Origin: an uncultured Pseudomonadota bacterium
Lineage (GTDB): Bacteria > SAR324 > NAC60-12
Reading direction: 5' to 3'
Length of the DNA stretch: 33,281 nucleotides
NCBI GenBank assembly: GCA_913020725.1
Contig: CAJWCD010000018.1
Span: forward strand, 1 to 33,281
Below, piece after piece: positions 9,072 through 17,955 of the stretch; the stretch's first letter is position 1; each line of letters opens with the position of its first letter. The position numbers were made by a program, and so were the translations under genes. Below the pieces are notes generated by a model that was not told where the DNA came from, searched no databases, and saw only the letters and a list, made by a program, of their open reading frames with translations.

Positions 9072-9265
9072 GGGGAATGGTTTGGGTGTCGCGGATGCTT
9101 TGCTGAGCAACGCGGTGTTGCAGTTCAAGCGCGGCTCACAGGCCAACACTCCCAACAGGGTATCGTACCTGCCTGTTTTGACCAAGCCAATTTCTTAGGG
9201 TTCTGGCATGAGCCTTGAAGGAAATCCAAGTGTCAAAAGACCTCAACCCACGACAGGAAACAAGG

Positions 9266-9430
9266 ATGCACAACCCGACCATCATCAAGGCACGAGAAGA
9301 AAAAGAGTTGGACGAAATTGGCACATGGATCACCGCGCTGGACGACAGCCCGGCAGATCATGATGAGTATGCCGTTTGGATGCAGCTCGAAAAGGAAATC
9401 CGGGAACTGGACGACTTGGAACCCCGCTGA
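9266..9430 (+). CDS. Small acidic hypothetical protein (54 aa)
   Basis: AGGA-rich RBS before ATG 9266; protein-like composition; followed by a hairpin. Confidence 0.5.
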   Translation: MHNPTIIKAREEKELDEIGTWITALDDSPADHDEYAVWMQLEKEIRELDDLEPR

Positions 9431-9450
9431 ACGTGAGTCTCTCCTTGTCT

Positions 9451-9491
9451 GCGAGCAGGATTTCGCTTATCCTCAAGTGAAACCCGCTCGC
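9451..9491 (+). terminator. Imperfect stem-loop downstream of the small ORF (terminator- or REP-like)
   Basis: GCGAGC..TTTCGCTT-loop-AAGTGAAA..GCTCGC pairing; no clear U-tract. Confidence 0.4.
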
Positions 9492-9552
9492 CACCGTCCT
9501 CTGTCGTATTGGTCAATCTGACGCGGGATGCCCGTTTCCTTGCCATCAACTT

Positions 9553-9795
9553 GTGAAATTTCTCATCATCCTTGTTTTCCTTTACCTGCTTGTGCGGATG
9601 CGCCGTCGGTTGGGACCGTTTCTCAGCCAAATGGTGCCGCCAACCTATCTCATGATCGGCGGGCTGATGGCCACCTTCGGCGCTCTGCAAGGCTGGGAAG
9701 AGGCCCTGACATTTGAGGTCGTGGTGGTGACCGGCTTGGGCTTGCTCATCGCCGTCTGGGGCATTGACCTCTGGCGGAAAGGCAGTGGTAGATAA
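9553..9795 (+). CDS. Small membrane protein (80 aa, ~3 TM)
   Basis: Three hydrophobic stretches separated by basic residues. Confidence 0.6.
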   Translation: MKFLIILVFLYLLVRMRRRLGPFLSQMVPPTYLMIGGLMATFGALQGWEEALTFEVVVVTGLGLLIAVWGIDLWRKGSGR

Positions 9796-9870
9796 AAAGG
9801 CGTTGACTGTTTTTCATGGCTCTGGTGTCGTTGGCGTCGGTCTGCACAAATTTCTCCTGCTCTTGGTTTG

Positions 9871-10629
9871 ATGACCCGCAACGAACTGCAACAACACTTC
9901 AAGGCTCAAGGGACGGTGGTTCTTCCTGTGATCCACGTGCTGGACAACGAACAGGCCGAGCGCAATGTCCGCCTCGCCTGCGACGGTGGTGCGCACGGCG
10001 TTTTTTTGATCAACCACGATTTTCCGCCGGAACCCTTCCTGCCCATCATCCGTCAGGTGCGCTCGGTGTTTCCGGAGCTTTGGCTGGGCGTGAACTTTCT
10101 CGCCGTCACAGGCAAAGACGCCTTTCCGGTCCTCGGCGAACTGGAGCGGGATGGCTGTCCGGTCAATGCCTACTGGGCCGACAACGCTCGCATTGACGAA
10201 ACCCACAGCCCGGAAGACCAGCCAGAAGCCCGCGAAATCGCCGCCGTCCGTGAGCAAAGCGGCTGGAATGGATTGTATTTCGGTGGCACCGCCTTCAAGA
10301 AACAGCGGGAGGTGGCTCCGGAACAGTACAAAACTGCCGCCCGCGTCGCCAGCCGTTGGATGGATGTGGTGACGACCTCCGGAATTGCCACAGGCCACGC
10401 GGCCGCTCAGTCAAAAATTGTTGACATACGGGCCGGTTGTGGAGACACTGCTCTTGCCCTTGCGTCCGGGGTGACTCCGGACAATGCCCTCCACTATGCG
10501 AAGGCGGTTGATTGTTTCCTTGTCGCCACGGGTATCAATGTGTCCGGAGATTTCTACAACCTTGATCCTGACCAACTGGAGCAATTGCTGCGCGTTGCAA
10601 ACGCCCAGCACCTCATCCAACACTCCTAA
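9871..10629 (+). CDS. BtpA/SgcQ-like TIM-barrel protein
   Basis: VLPVIH, GVFLINH, WLGVNFL, YFGGTAFKKQ, DVVTTSGIATG, LALASGVTPDN and FLVATG phosphate-binding barrel motifs. Confidence 0.75.
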   Translation: MTRNELQQHFKAQGTVVLPVIHVLDNEQAERNVRLACDGGAHGVFLINHDFPPEPFLPIIRQVRSVFPELWLGVNFLAVTGKDAFPVLGELERDGCPVNAYWADNARIDETHSPEDQPEAREIAAVREQSGWNGLYFGGTAFKKQREVAPEQYKTAARVASRWMDVVTTSGIATGHAAAQSKIVDIRAGCGDTALALASGVTPDNALHYAKAVDCFLVATGINVSGDFYNLDPDQLEQLLRVANAQHLIQHS

Positions 10630-10647
10630 CTTGACTGCTGCGAATCC

Positions 10648-11253
10648 ATGAACTTCAGCTCACGCGATTGGTACCTTGCCAGCATGTCGCCCAACACCAA
10701 GGGAGACAAGTACGCTTGGCTTGATCCCTCGTCGCTCTACAGTAACCCTAAAACCTTCAACGCACTGCTGGATGATCTCATCGCCCCCTTCGATGCCAAT
10801 GAGATTGATGTCGTTTCAGGACTGGACGCGATGGGTTTTGTGCTGGGAGCCGCAATTGCCACCCGACTCCAGAAGGGTTTTCTCCCCGTGCGCAAGGCCG
10901 GGAAGATTCCGGTGGACACGACCGTGGTGACCTTCACAAACTACTCCGGACGCACTCAAGACATGGAACTTCGCAAGCCTGCGTTTCGTCCGCAAACACG
11001 GGTACTGCTCGTCGATCAGTGGATTGAGACGGGCGGCACGATGGATGCGTCCATCCGGCTGGTCGAAGGGCAAGACGGCATTGTGGCAGGACTGGTTGCC
11101 GTCTGCATCGAGGAAAACGAGAAGACAAACGCCCTGCGGCAAAAGTACAAATGCTCATCGGCAGTCTTGCCCGGCTCGGCACTCCAGCAACAGTGCAACC
11201 AGCAAACGCTGGAGAGCTTCGCCGATTTTCGCCCGGAATTGGTGTTTCCCTGA
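10648..11253 (+). CDS. Adenine phosphoribosyltransferase-like type I PRTase with atypical motifs
   Basis: GLDAMGFVLGAAIA, PVRKAGKIP, VLLVDQWIETGGTM (PRPP-binding loop variant). Confidence 0.8.
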   Translation: MNFSSRDWYLASMSPNTKGDKYAWLDPSSLYSNPKTFNALLDDLIAPFDANEIDVVSGLDAMGFVLGAAIATRLQKGFLPVRKAGKIPVDTTVVTFTNYSGRTQDMELRKPAFRPQTRVLLVDQWIETGGTMDASIRLVEGQDGIVAGLVAVCIEENEKTNALRQKYKCSSAVLPGSALQQQCNQQTLESFADFRPELVFP

Positions 11254-11347
11254 GCAAGCACATTGCAAATGAAGTCCCGGAGGTCCGTCTATTTGAGCTT
11301 AAGTTTACGTGAGTTTTGGATAAGCGAAAAGAGCGGCTCCGGTGGGC

Positions 11348-11432
11348 TTCCCCCTAAAAGGGGGATTGAGGGAGATTTTTAAGCTGGGGAGACACTTGGG
11401 ATTCCCCCTGTCCCCCTTTGCCAAAGAGGGAC
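11348..11432. repeat. Inverted pair of REP-like CCCCC..AAAGGGGG elements
   Basis: TTCCCCCTAAAAGGGGGATTGAGGGAGATTT and ATTCCCCCTGTCCCCCTTTGCCAAAGAGGGAC are opposite-orientation variants of one motif, each with an internal hairpin. Confidence 0.65.
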
Positions 11433-11436
11433 ATTC

Positions 11437-11691
11437 TTATCCAAAACTCACGTTAAGTTTGTCTGTTGGGGAATTCCCAACGATTCCTGCTGAGCCAGCA
11501 CCTCGTGAAATGGACTTGGAGGAACTGGACGTGAACGGCACTGCCACACGGGATTGGACATTGGAAGCGGGGATGGTCGTCGCACCCACCTGCTCTACCC
11601 CAGAGGCGAACAGGAGCGCATCTGGTTCGAAGACGTCGCCCTCGTCAAAAACGACGGTGCGGAACCCTTCTTTACTTGGGGGGTGGTCCAC
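11437..11691 (-). pseudogene. Possible decayed Uma2 (DUF820) endonuclease fragment
   Basis: EGFRTVVFDEGDVFEPDALLF resembles the Uma2 'V..D......EPD.++' motif; an NPV segment follows in a shifted frame. Confidence 0.3.
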
Positions 11692-11728
11692 TTACAGGAA
11701 GCTGAGACGTTTTACCTGCCGGGATTCG

Positions 11729-12913
11729 CTAAGCTTTGAGCAGTTGCTTGGCGATGCTGGCGAGGTGGACCTCGTCGGCTCCGTCGTAGATGCGGGCGGC
11801 GCGTTCCTCGCGGTAGAGGAAGCTGAGGACGGTGTCGTCCGTGACACCGAGGGCACCGTGGACTTGGATGGCGCGATCAACAATGCGCTGGAGGGTTTGC
11901 GCGACTTGCACCTTGATGAGGGAAATTTCGAGGCGGGCGGCCTTTGCCCCGTCTTGCATGATGCGCCATGCGGCATGAAGGGTGGCGAGGCGGGCGGCGT
12001 TCAGTTCAATTGCAGATACAGCGAGGTGTTGCTGCACCAACTGCTTGTCGGCTAACACCGAATCGGGTCCGAGCGTCCGTGATTTGGCACGGGCTTTCAT
12101 GAGATCGAGGGCGCGTCCGGAAGCCCCAAGCCAGCGCATGCAGTGGTGGATGCGTCCGGGTCCCAGCCGATGCTGCGCCAGCACGAAGCCTTGTCCTGCG
12201 GGGCCAAGCAGTGACGAAACGGGAACCCGCACCTCCTGAAACTCCAGTTCGGCGTGGCTGATCCAGCCGGAACCGGCGTGTCCCATCACCGAAATGTTGC
12301 GGACGTGGACGAGCCCGACCGTGTCCTTGGGCACCAAAATCATCGAGGCCCGCTGGTAGGGCGGCGCATCCGGATTGGTGACCGCCATCACAATGCAAAG
12401 CCCTGCGCCATCGGCTCCGGTGGCAAACCACTTGCGTCCGGAAATCACATAATCATCGCCGTCCCGCACGGCCTGCGTTTCCAGCATGACCGGATTCGAC
12501 CCCGCAGTGTGCGGTTCGGTCATGGCAAAACAACTGCGGATTTCCCCGCGCACCATGCGGCCCAGCCACTGCTCCTTTTGCTCCGGCGTGCCGTGCATGT
12601 GGAGCAGTTCGATGTTGCCTGCGTCCGGAGCTTGGGTGCCAAAAGCGTAAAGTCCGAGCGGGGTGCGGCCCAGCACTTCCAGCACAAGCGCGTGGCTGAG
12701 CAAGTCCCAGCCCTGTCCACCCCACTCCTTGGGATGATTGGGTGCCCACCAGCCATGCTCCCGGACCTCGTTGCGAACGGTTTCCAGATCCGCTTCAACG
12801 GCAGCGAATCCGCCCGCAAGCAGCTTCGGTTCCAGCGGCAACACCCGTGCATCAATGAATTCGCGCAATTCGGTCAGCCGCGTTTGCAAGTCTTGGGGGA
12901 TCGAGAAGTCCAT
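11729..12913 (-). CDS. Acyl-CoA dehydrogenase (FadE2/ACAD10-11-like)
   Basis: APDAGNIELL, RSCFAMTEP, GRKWF, RLGPGRIHHCMR, RIYDGADEVH. Confidence 0.93.
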   Translation of the reverse strand: MDFSIPQDLQTRLTELREFIDARVLPLEPKLLAGGFAAVEADLETVRNEVREHGWWAPNHPKEWGGQGWDLLSHALVLEVLGRTPLGLYAFGTQAPDAGNIELLHMHGTPEQKEQWLGRMVRGEIRSCFAMTEPHTAGSNPVMLETQAVRDGDDYVISGRKWFATGADGAGLCIVMAVTNPDAPPYQRASMILVPKDTVGLVHVRNISVMGHAGSGWISHAELEFQEVRVPVSSLLGPAGQGFVLAQHRLGPGRIHHCMRWLGASGRALDLMKARAKSRTLGPDSVLADKQLVQQHLAVSAIELNAARLATLHAAWRIMQDGAKAARLEISLIKVQVAQTLQRIVDRAIQVHGALGVTDDTVLSFLYREERAARIYDGADEVHLASIAKQLLKA

Positions 12914-12920
12914 AACAGGC

Positions 12921-13688
12921 TTATGCGAGGATACCGCCGTCCACAACAAAGGACGCGCCGGTGGTGTAAGAAGAAGCGTCAGACGCGAGGTAGAGGATCA
13001 TCCCGGACATTTCATCCGGTTGGGCCGCCCGTCGCAACGGGATTTGCGGAACAACCTGCTCCATGAACTGCTCGTTTTGCACCAACGCCGCCGCAAATTT
13101 GGTGTCGGTGATTCCGGGTAGCAGCGAGTTGACACGGATGCCGCTGGGTCCAAGCTCCTTGGCGAAGCCCTGCGTCAGCGAGCAAACCGCCGCTTTGGTG
13201 ATCGAATAGACGACCTGCCCGCCGATGGGACGGATGGCGTTGATCGAGGCGACGTTGATGATCGAGCCGCCTCCGTTCGTCTTCATCAACTGGGCCCCGT
13301 GTTGGCTCATGAAGAAATACCCCTTGAGGTTGACATCCACCGTCTTGTCCCAAATCTTCTCGTCCACCTCCAGCACCGAACCGTAGTGCGGGTTAGTGGC
13401 CGCGTTGTTGACAAGGATGTCGCAGCGTCCGAACTTGGATTGCACTTGCTCGAAAAGCGCGGCGATTTGCGCCAGCTCTCCGTTGTGGCAGGCAATCGGC
13501 GTGGCTTCCCCGCCAACGTCCCGGATTTGCTGGGCGGCGTCTTCCAAAGCCTCCAACTTGCGGCTGGTGAGGACAACATGCGCTCCGGCTTGGGCGAGCG
13601 TGGTGGCGGCAGCAAGGCCGATGCCTCGGCTGGCGCCAGAGAGCACCGCCACTTTACCGGAAAGGTTAAAACGTTCTGAAACAGACAT
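12921..13688 (-). CDS. Short-chain dehydrogenase/reductase (DHRS4-like)
   Basis: SGASRGIG, LVNNAATNP, YSITK catalytic motif, IRVN...PG. Confidence 0.93.
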   Translation of the reverse strand: MSVSERFNLSGKVAVLSGASRGIGLAAATTLAQAGAHVVLTSRKLEALEDAAQQIRDVGGEATPIACHNGELAQIAALFEQVQSKFGRCDILVNNAATNPHYGSVLEVDEKIWDKTVDVNLKGYFFMSQHGAQLMKTNGGGSIINVASINAIRPIGGQVVYSITKAAVCSLTQGFAKELGPSGIRVNSLLPGITDTKFAAALVQNEQFMEQVVPQIPLRRAAQPDEMSGMILYLASDASSYTTGASFVVDGGILA

Positions 13689-13867
13689 GCAAGCTCCTGA
13701 TGCGGGTGAGTGTCTCCATCAGAATGACAAGCCTTCGGGAAGTCTCAATGGTTTTCGCACTCGCAGCTTCGGATTTTGCTTTGCCTCTGGCCCGGAGTCG
13801 TTTATGATCCAAAAGGCTCCGGTTTCGCCTAGGATCCGGAAAAACTTCCCCTTTCCTACCGAGGCTT

Positions 13868-14113
13868 GTGCTGCGTTGGTTTTTGAACTGCCTGCTTTTA
13901 TTGTTTCGGGATCGCTTTGTGCAGACCGGAACGCTGCTTGGCTTGATTGCTGGGCTTTATGGCGCACAGTATATTTTCTCTCCTCCGGAAGTCGCAGCTC
14001 CGGCGCTGGCCTTCATTGGTTGGGGGCTGGGTGCATACTTCGGCTACCATCGCCCCTCCCTGACGCTCCGCAAGCGCAAGCCTAAGCTCAAGGTGCACCA
14101 AGGCGGGCGTTGA
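13868..14113 (+). CDS. Small 2-TM hypothetical protein with a basic tail
   Basis: Two Gly-rich hydrophobic helices and a KRKPKLKV tail; co-oriented with the downstream genes. Confidence 0.5.
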   Translation: MLRWFLNCLLLLFRDRFVQTGTLLGLIAGLYGAQYIFSPPEVAAPALAFIGWGLGAYFGYHRPSLTLRKRKPKLKVHQGGR

Positions 14114-14141
14114 GCTTCATCGTTCTCATTCGGATGCAACC

Positions 14142-14330
14142 ATGAATGTGCAAGTAGAAGTCGGGGTCAGCCCATCCGGAGTGCTGCTCTCCGTCAAGCA
14201 AAACGACGGACGATTGCACCAACTCGTCGCGGTGGAACTGACCAACCATGAGGCATTGGAAATCGCCAATCTCATCAAAAAACGGGTTGCAGAAAATCAG
14301 CAGACCGCCAATCCCTCGGAATTGAACTGA
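14142..14330 (+). CDS. Small hypothetical protein (62 aa)
   Basis: ATG start, beta-beta-beta-alpha-like pattern, ends 3 nt before the MFS gene. Confidence 0.6.
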   Translation: MNVQVEVGVSPSGVLLSVKQNDGRLHQLVAVELTNHEALEIANLIKKRVAENQQTANPSELN

Positions 14331-14333
14331 GCC

Positions 14334-15668
14334 ATGAGTCAGGATCGACGCTCGGTCTGGGGCTGGGCGCTTTATGACTGGGCGAACTCGGCCTTTGCCA
14401 CCACCGTGGTCGCAGGTTTCTTCCCAATTTTCTTCAAGCAGTACTGGAGCGCGGGTGCGGACGTGAACACCAGCACCGCCCAACTCGGCTTCGGCAACGC
14501 CCTCGCCAGCCTGCTCGTCGCTCTGCTCGCCCCACTCTTGGGGGCAATTGCTGACCAAGCCTCTGTGAAAAAGCGGATGCTGGGCACCTTCGCCTACCTC
14601 GGAGTGTTGGGCACCGCCGCGCTCTTTCTTGTGGAGCAAGGCAACTGGCTGCTGGCGATTTTCGTCTATGTGATCGCCTCCATCGGCTTTTCCGGAGCCA
14701 ACATTTTCTACGACGCGCTGCTGCCCTCGATCGCGGACGAATCCCGCATTGACTACGTTTCCAGCTTCGGCTACGCGCTAGGCTACTTAGGCGGAGGATT
14801 GCTGTTCCTCGTCAATGTGCTGATGACGCTGAATCCGGACTGGTTCGGACTCGCCGATGCAGGAGAGGCGGTGCGTTGGTCCTTCGTGACCGTCGCCCTC
14901 TGGTGGGGCGGTTTCACGGTGTTCACGCTGGTTTGGGTTCCGGAACCGGACACGGGACGCTCGGTAACTTCAGGGGCCATCTCCGCAGGAATCCGGCAAC
15001 TTGGCACGACACTACGCAAGCTCAAACAACTGCGAACGGTGATGCTCTTCCTCGTCGCCTACTGGTTCTACATTGACGGCGTGGACACGATCATCCGTAT
15101 GGCGGTGGATTACGGCATCTCCATCGGCTTCGAGTCCACCGACCTCATCACCGCACTGCTGCTCGTGCAGTTCGTAGGCTTCCCCGCCGCACTGGTTTGG
15201 GGCAAACTCGGCCAACATTGGGGTGTCCGTAAATCCATTTTCCTCTGCATTGCGGTGTACATGGCCGTCACCATCTGGGGCACGCAGATGCGTGAGAAGT
15301 GGGAGTTCTACGCGCTCGCTGCGGTGATCGGACTGGTGCAGGGCGGCGTTCAGGCGTTGAGCCGTTCTTACTACTCCCGACTGATTCCGCTCAACCAAGC
15401 TGCCGAATTCTACGGATTCTACAACATGCTCGGCAAGTTCGCCGCCATCCTCGGCCCGGTGCTGATGGGACTCTCCGGATTGGTTGCTCGCAGCTTGCTC
15501 ATGCCGGCAGACCCCACCGAGGCGATGCTCACACAAGTGGGGCAGGAGTCGGCCCGCTGGAGCATCGCCTCCATCATTCTGCTCTTCCTCATCGGCGGCT
15601 ACCTCTTCTGGCGAGTCGATGAAACGCAGGGTCGCAAGGAAATCCGCAACCTCGAAGACGCCTCCTAA
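14334..15668 (+). CDS. MFS transporter, UMF1/Atg22-like family
   Basis: WALYDWANSAFATTV, APLLGAIAD, FYDALLP, GYALGYLGGG, QALSRSYYSRLIP, FYGFY. Confidence 0.92.
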   Translation: MSQDRRSVWGWALYDWANSAFATTVVAGFFPIFFKQYWSAGADVNTSTAQLGFGNALASLLVALLAPLLGAIADQASVKKRMLGTFAYLGVLGTAALFLVEQGNWLLAIFVYVIASIGFSGANIFYDALLPSIADESRIDYVSSFGYALGYLGGGLLFLVNVLMTLNPDWFGLADAGEAVRWSFVTVALWWGGFTVFTLVWVPEPDTGRSVTSGAISAGIRQLGTTLRKLKQLRTVMLFLVAYWFYIDGVDTIIRMAVDYGISIGFESTDLITALLLVQFVGFPAALVWGKLGQHWGVRKSIFLCIAVYMAVTIWGTQMREKWEFYALAAVIGLVQGGVQALSRSYYSRLIPLNQAAEFYGFYNMLGKFAAILGPVLMGLSGLVARSLLMPADPTEAMLTQVGQESARWSIASIILLFLIGGYLFWRVDETQGRKEIRNLEDAS

Positions 15669-15681
15669 CCCCCAGCCTTCC

Positions 15682-16419
15682 TTGGAGTTGACCACCCCGG
15701 CGCTGGTCGGGCTTTCCGCATGTTTCATCTGGTCCGGGTTCGTCCGCTCCGGTTTTGGATTCGGGGGGCTGGTCCTCATGCTTCCACTGGCCCTGCTGTT
15801 CGTCGATTCTCCCATCCACATCATCCCGATCACCGCCGTCCATGTTTTCACAACCGGGGTCGTCACTGTCCTTTTACGTTTCAACGTCATCGCGTGGCGG
15901 CAGATTTTCCACATCATGGGTGTGATGCTGGTTCCAGTCGTGATCGGGCTGTTGGGCCTGATCTCGCTTCCGGATGCTTGGCTGGTGGGCCTCGTGCAGG
16001 TCATTGTTGGATTCTACGCAATCAACTACATCCGGCCTTTCAAAACGCTTGTAGGCGGACGACTGGCAGATTACGCAACCATCGCCTTCGGAGGCTACCT
16101 TTCCGGATTGGCGCTGCTAGGCTCGCCCCTGATTGTACCGGTCGCTGGACGTTGGATCGCACGGGAGCGACTGCGGGACAGTCTGCTTGCGCTTTGGGTC
16201 TTGCTGGCCCCGTTCAAGATTGTGATGCTGTTTGCCAACGGAGTGGATTTCCATTGGGATTGGCAACTCTGGCTGTTTCCGATCCACCTCGTCGGCTACG
16301 GCTGCGGGCTGCTTTTTCATGCAAAACTGCTCCAGCACCGTAGCGAGGTCTTTTACCGCATCATTGGCTGGATGCTGCTTGCCGTGGTCACGGTTGGGCT
16401 TTGGCAGAACTACCTGTGA
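15682..16419 (+). CDS. TauE/SafE family sulfite-exporter-like membrane protein
   Basis: SGFVRSGFGFGG and a second repeat GGYLSG..LLGSP; ~8 TMs; TTG start is approximate. Confidence 0.8.
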   Translation: MELTTPALVGLSACFIWSGFVRSGFGFGGLVLMLPLALLFVDSPIHIIPITAVHVFTTGVVTVLLRFNVIAWRQIFHIMGVMLVPVVIGLLGLISLPDAWLVGLVQVIVGFYAINYIRPFKTLVGGRLADYATIAFGGYLSGLALLGSPLIVPVAGRWIARERLRDSLLALWVLLAPFKIVMLFANGVDFHWDWQLWLFPIHLVGYGCGLLFHAKLLQHRSEVFYRIIGWMLLAVVTVGLWQNYL

Positions 16420-16502
16420 ACCCTCCAAAATCAACTTGAGCACTGCATTTATTTGCGAAACGATGATTGTTCATCAACAATTTCTGGTTCAAGATTAGCC
16501 CT

Positions 16503-17492
16503 ATGCGCCCTAATCCGATCACACCGACCGTTGATTTTGAAAAAGACGGCATCCAACACGGACATCTGAAACTCCCGTATTCTTGGGATGAATCGGCTTG
16601 GGGCGCGATTATGATTCCGGTTACAGTCGTCAAAAACGAAGACGGCCCGACCGCCCTGCTGACCGGTGGAAATCATGGCGATGAATACGAAGGCCCAGTC
16701 GCTCTGTTTGATTTAGCCAACACGCTCAAGCTTGAAGAAATTTCAGGCAGAATCATCCTCGTTCCCGCCATGAATTTTCCGGCGTTCCAAGCGGGCAAGC
16801 GCACTTCGCCGATTGACTCTGGCAACATGAACCGGGTGTTTCCCGGAAAACCGGGTGGAACCGTCACGGAAAAAATCGCGGATTTTTTTCAAAGAACGCT
16901 GTTGCCGTTGTCCGATTTTGTGCTGGATATTCATTCCGGAGGAAAAACGCTGGATTTTGTCTCGTTTTGCGCCGCGCATGAGCTTCCGGACAAGGCGCAG
17001 GAACAACGTTGCGTGGCCGCCATGCAAGCCTTTAACGCGCCTTACAGTCTCAAGTTGTTGGAGCTTGACGCAACCGGAATGTACGACACGGCGGCGGAGG
17101 AAATGGGCAAAGTCTTCATTTCAACGGAACTGGGCGGCGGCGGCGGCTCCACTGCGGCTTCGGTCGCCATTGCCAAAAAAGGAGTGCGGAATTTCCTCAA
17201 ACACGCGCAAATCCTTTCCGGGACTTTGGAAACGGCTCCCACCCTCAACTTGGATATGCCGGATTATCGCTGTTACGTCACCAGCGAATCCAGCGGTTTG
17301 CTGGAAATGTGCGTGGATTTAGGTTCACGGGTTCAGGAAGGCGAACTGTTGGCCAAAGTGCATGACATTCACCGCACCGATTCAATGCCAACGGAGTATC
17401 ACAGCAAACGGAACGGCATTCTCATGGGAAGACATTTTCCGGGCTTGATTGATCGGGGAGACCCTGTTGCGGTCGTTGCGGTGGAAGTTTAG
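16503..17492 (+). CDS. doeB: N-alpha-acetyl-L-2,4-diaminobutyrate deacetylase (ectoine catabolism, EutE/DoeB)
   Basis: DGIQHGHLKLPYSWDESAWG, LLTGGNHGDEYEGP, RTSPIDSGNMNR, LDIHSGGKTLDF, STELGGGG. Confidence 0.9.
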   Translation: MRPNPITPTVDFEKDGIQHGHLKLPYSWDESAWGAIMIPVTVVKNEDGPTALLTGGNHGDEYEGPVALFDLANTLKLEEISGRIILVPAMNFPAFQAGKRTSPIDSGNMNRVFPGKPGGTVTEKIADFFQRTLLPLSDFVLDIHSGGKTLDFVSFCAAHELPDKAQEQRCVAAMQAFNAPYSLKLLELDATGMYDTAAEEMGKVFISTELGGGGGSTAASVAIAKKGVRNFLKHAQILSGTLETAPTLNLDMPDYRCYVTSESSGLLEMCVDLGSRVQEGELLAKVHDIHRTDSMPTEYHSKRNGILMGRHFPGLIDRGDPVAVVAVEV

Positions 17493-17564
17493 CACCTAAA
17501 TTTTGCTGGTTCATTTTTTACAGAAAAACCATTCTCAGTTTATCACGGGCTATCTGGAGAAAAC

Positions 17565-17795
17565 ATGTCAAACACACAACAACTGGAAAATCGGGACAAG
17601 CGGCAGTTCTTTGATCCGGCGAAAAAAGTCGGCCCGACTCTGGCGGCGAATCTGCTGAAAGAAGGCATTATTGCCCGTGCCATGCCTCAAGGTGACATTC
17701 TGGGGTTTGCGCCGCCGTTGTGCATTTCCCAAGGTGAAGCCGATCAGATTGTGCAAGGAATGCGCAATGCGGTCAAAGCAACATTCGACGCTTGA
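17565..17795 (+). pseudogene. doeD: Internally deleted diaminobutyrate transaminase (class III aminotransferase)
   Basis: GGAGA RBS and a DoeD-like start (MSNTQQLEN) fused in frame to a DoeD-like C-terminus (FFDPAKKVG...IIARAMPQGDILGFAPPLC); the PLP-binding core is missing. Confidence 0.75.
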
Positions 17796-17955
17796 TTCGA
17801 TGAGTGACTCAAGACCACCTTGTCCTCTGCGACTGCAAGGGCACCACCTCTTGATGTGAAAGCCAGCATGGACTCTAGCTGAAAACAGCTTGTAGTACCA
17901 ATCCAGCAAACCTATGTTTCACGATTGACAAACATGATTGCCAGAGAGCAACCCA

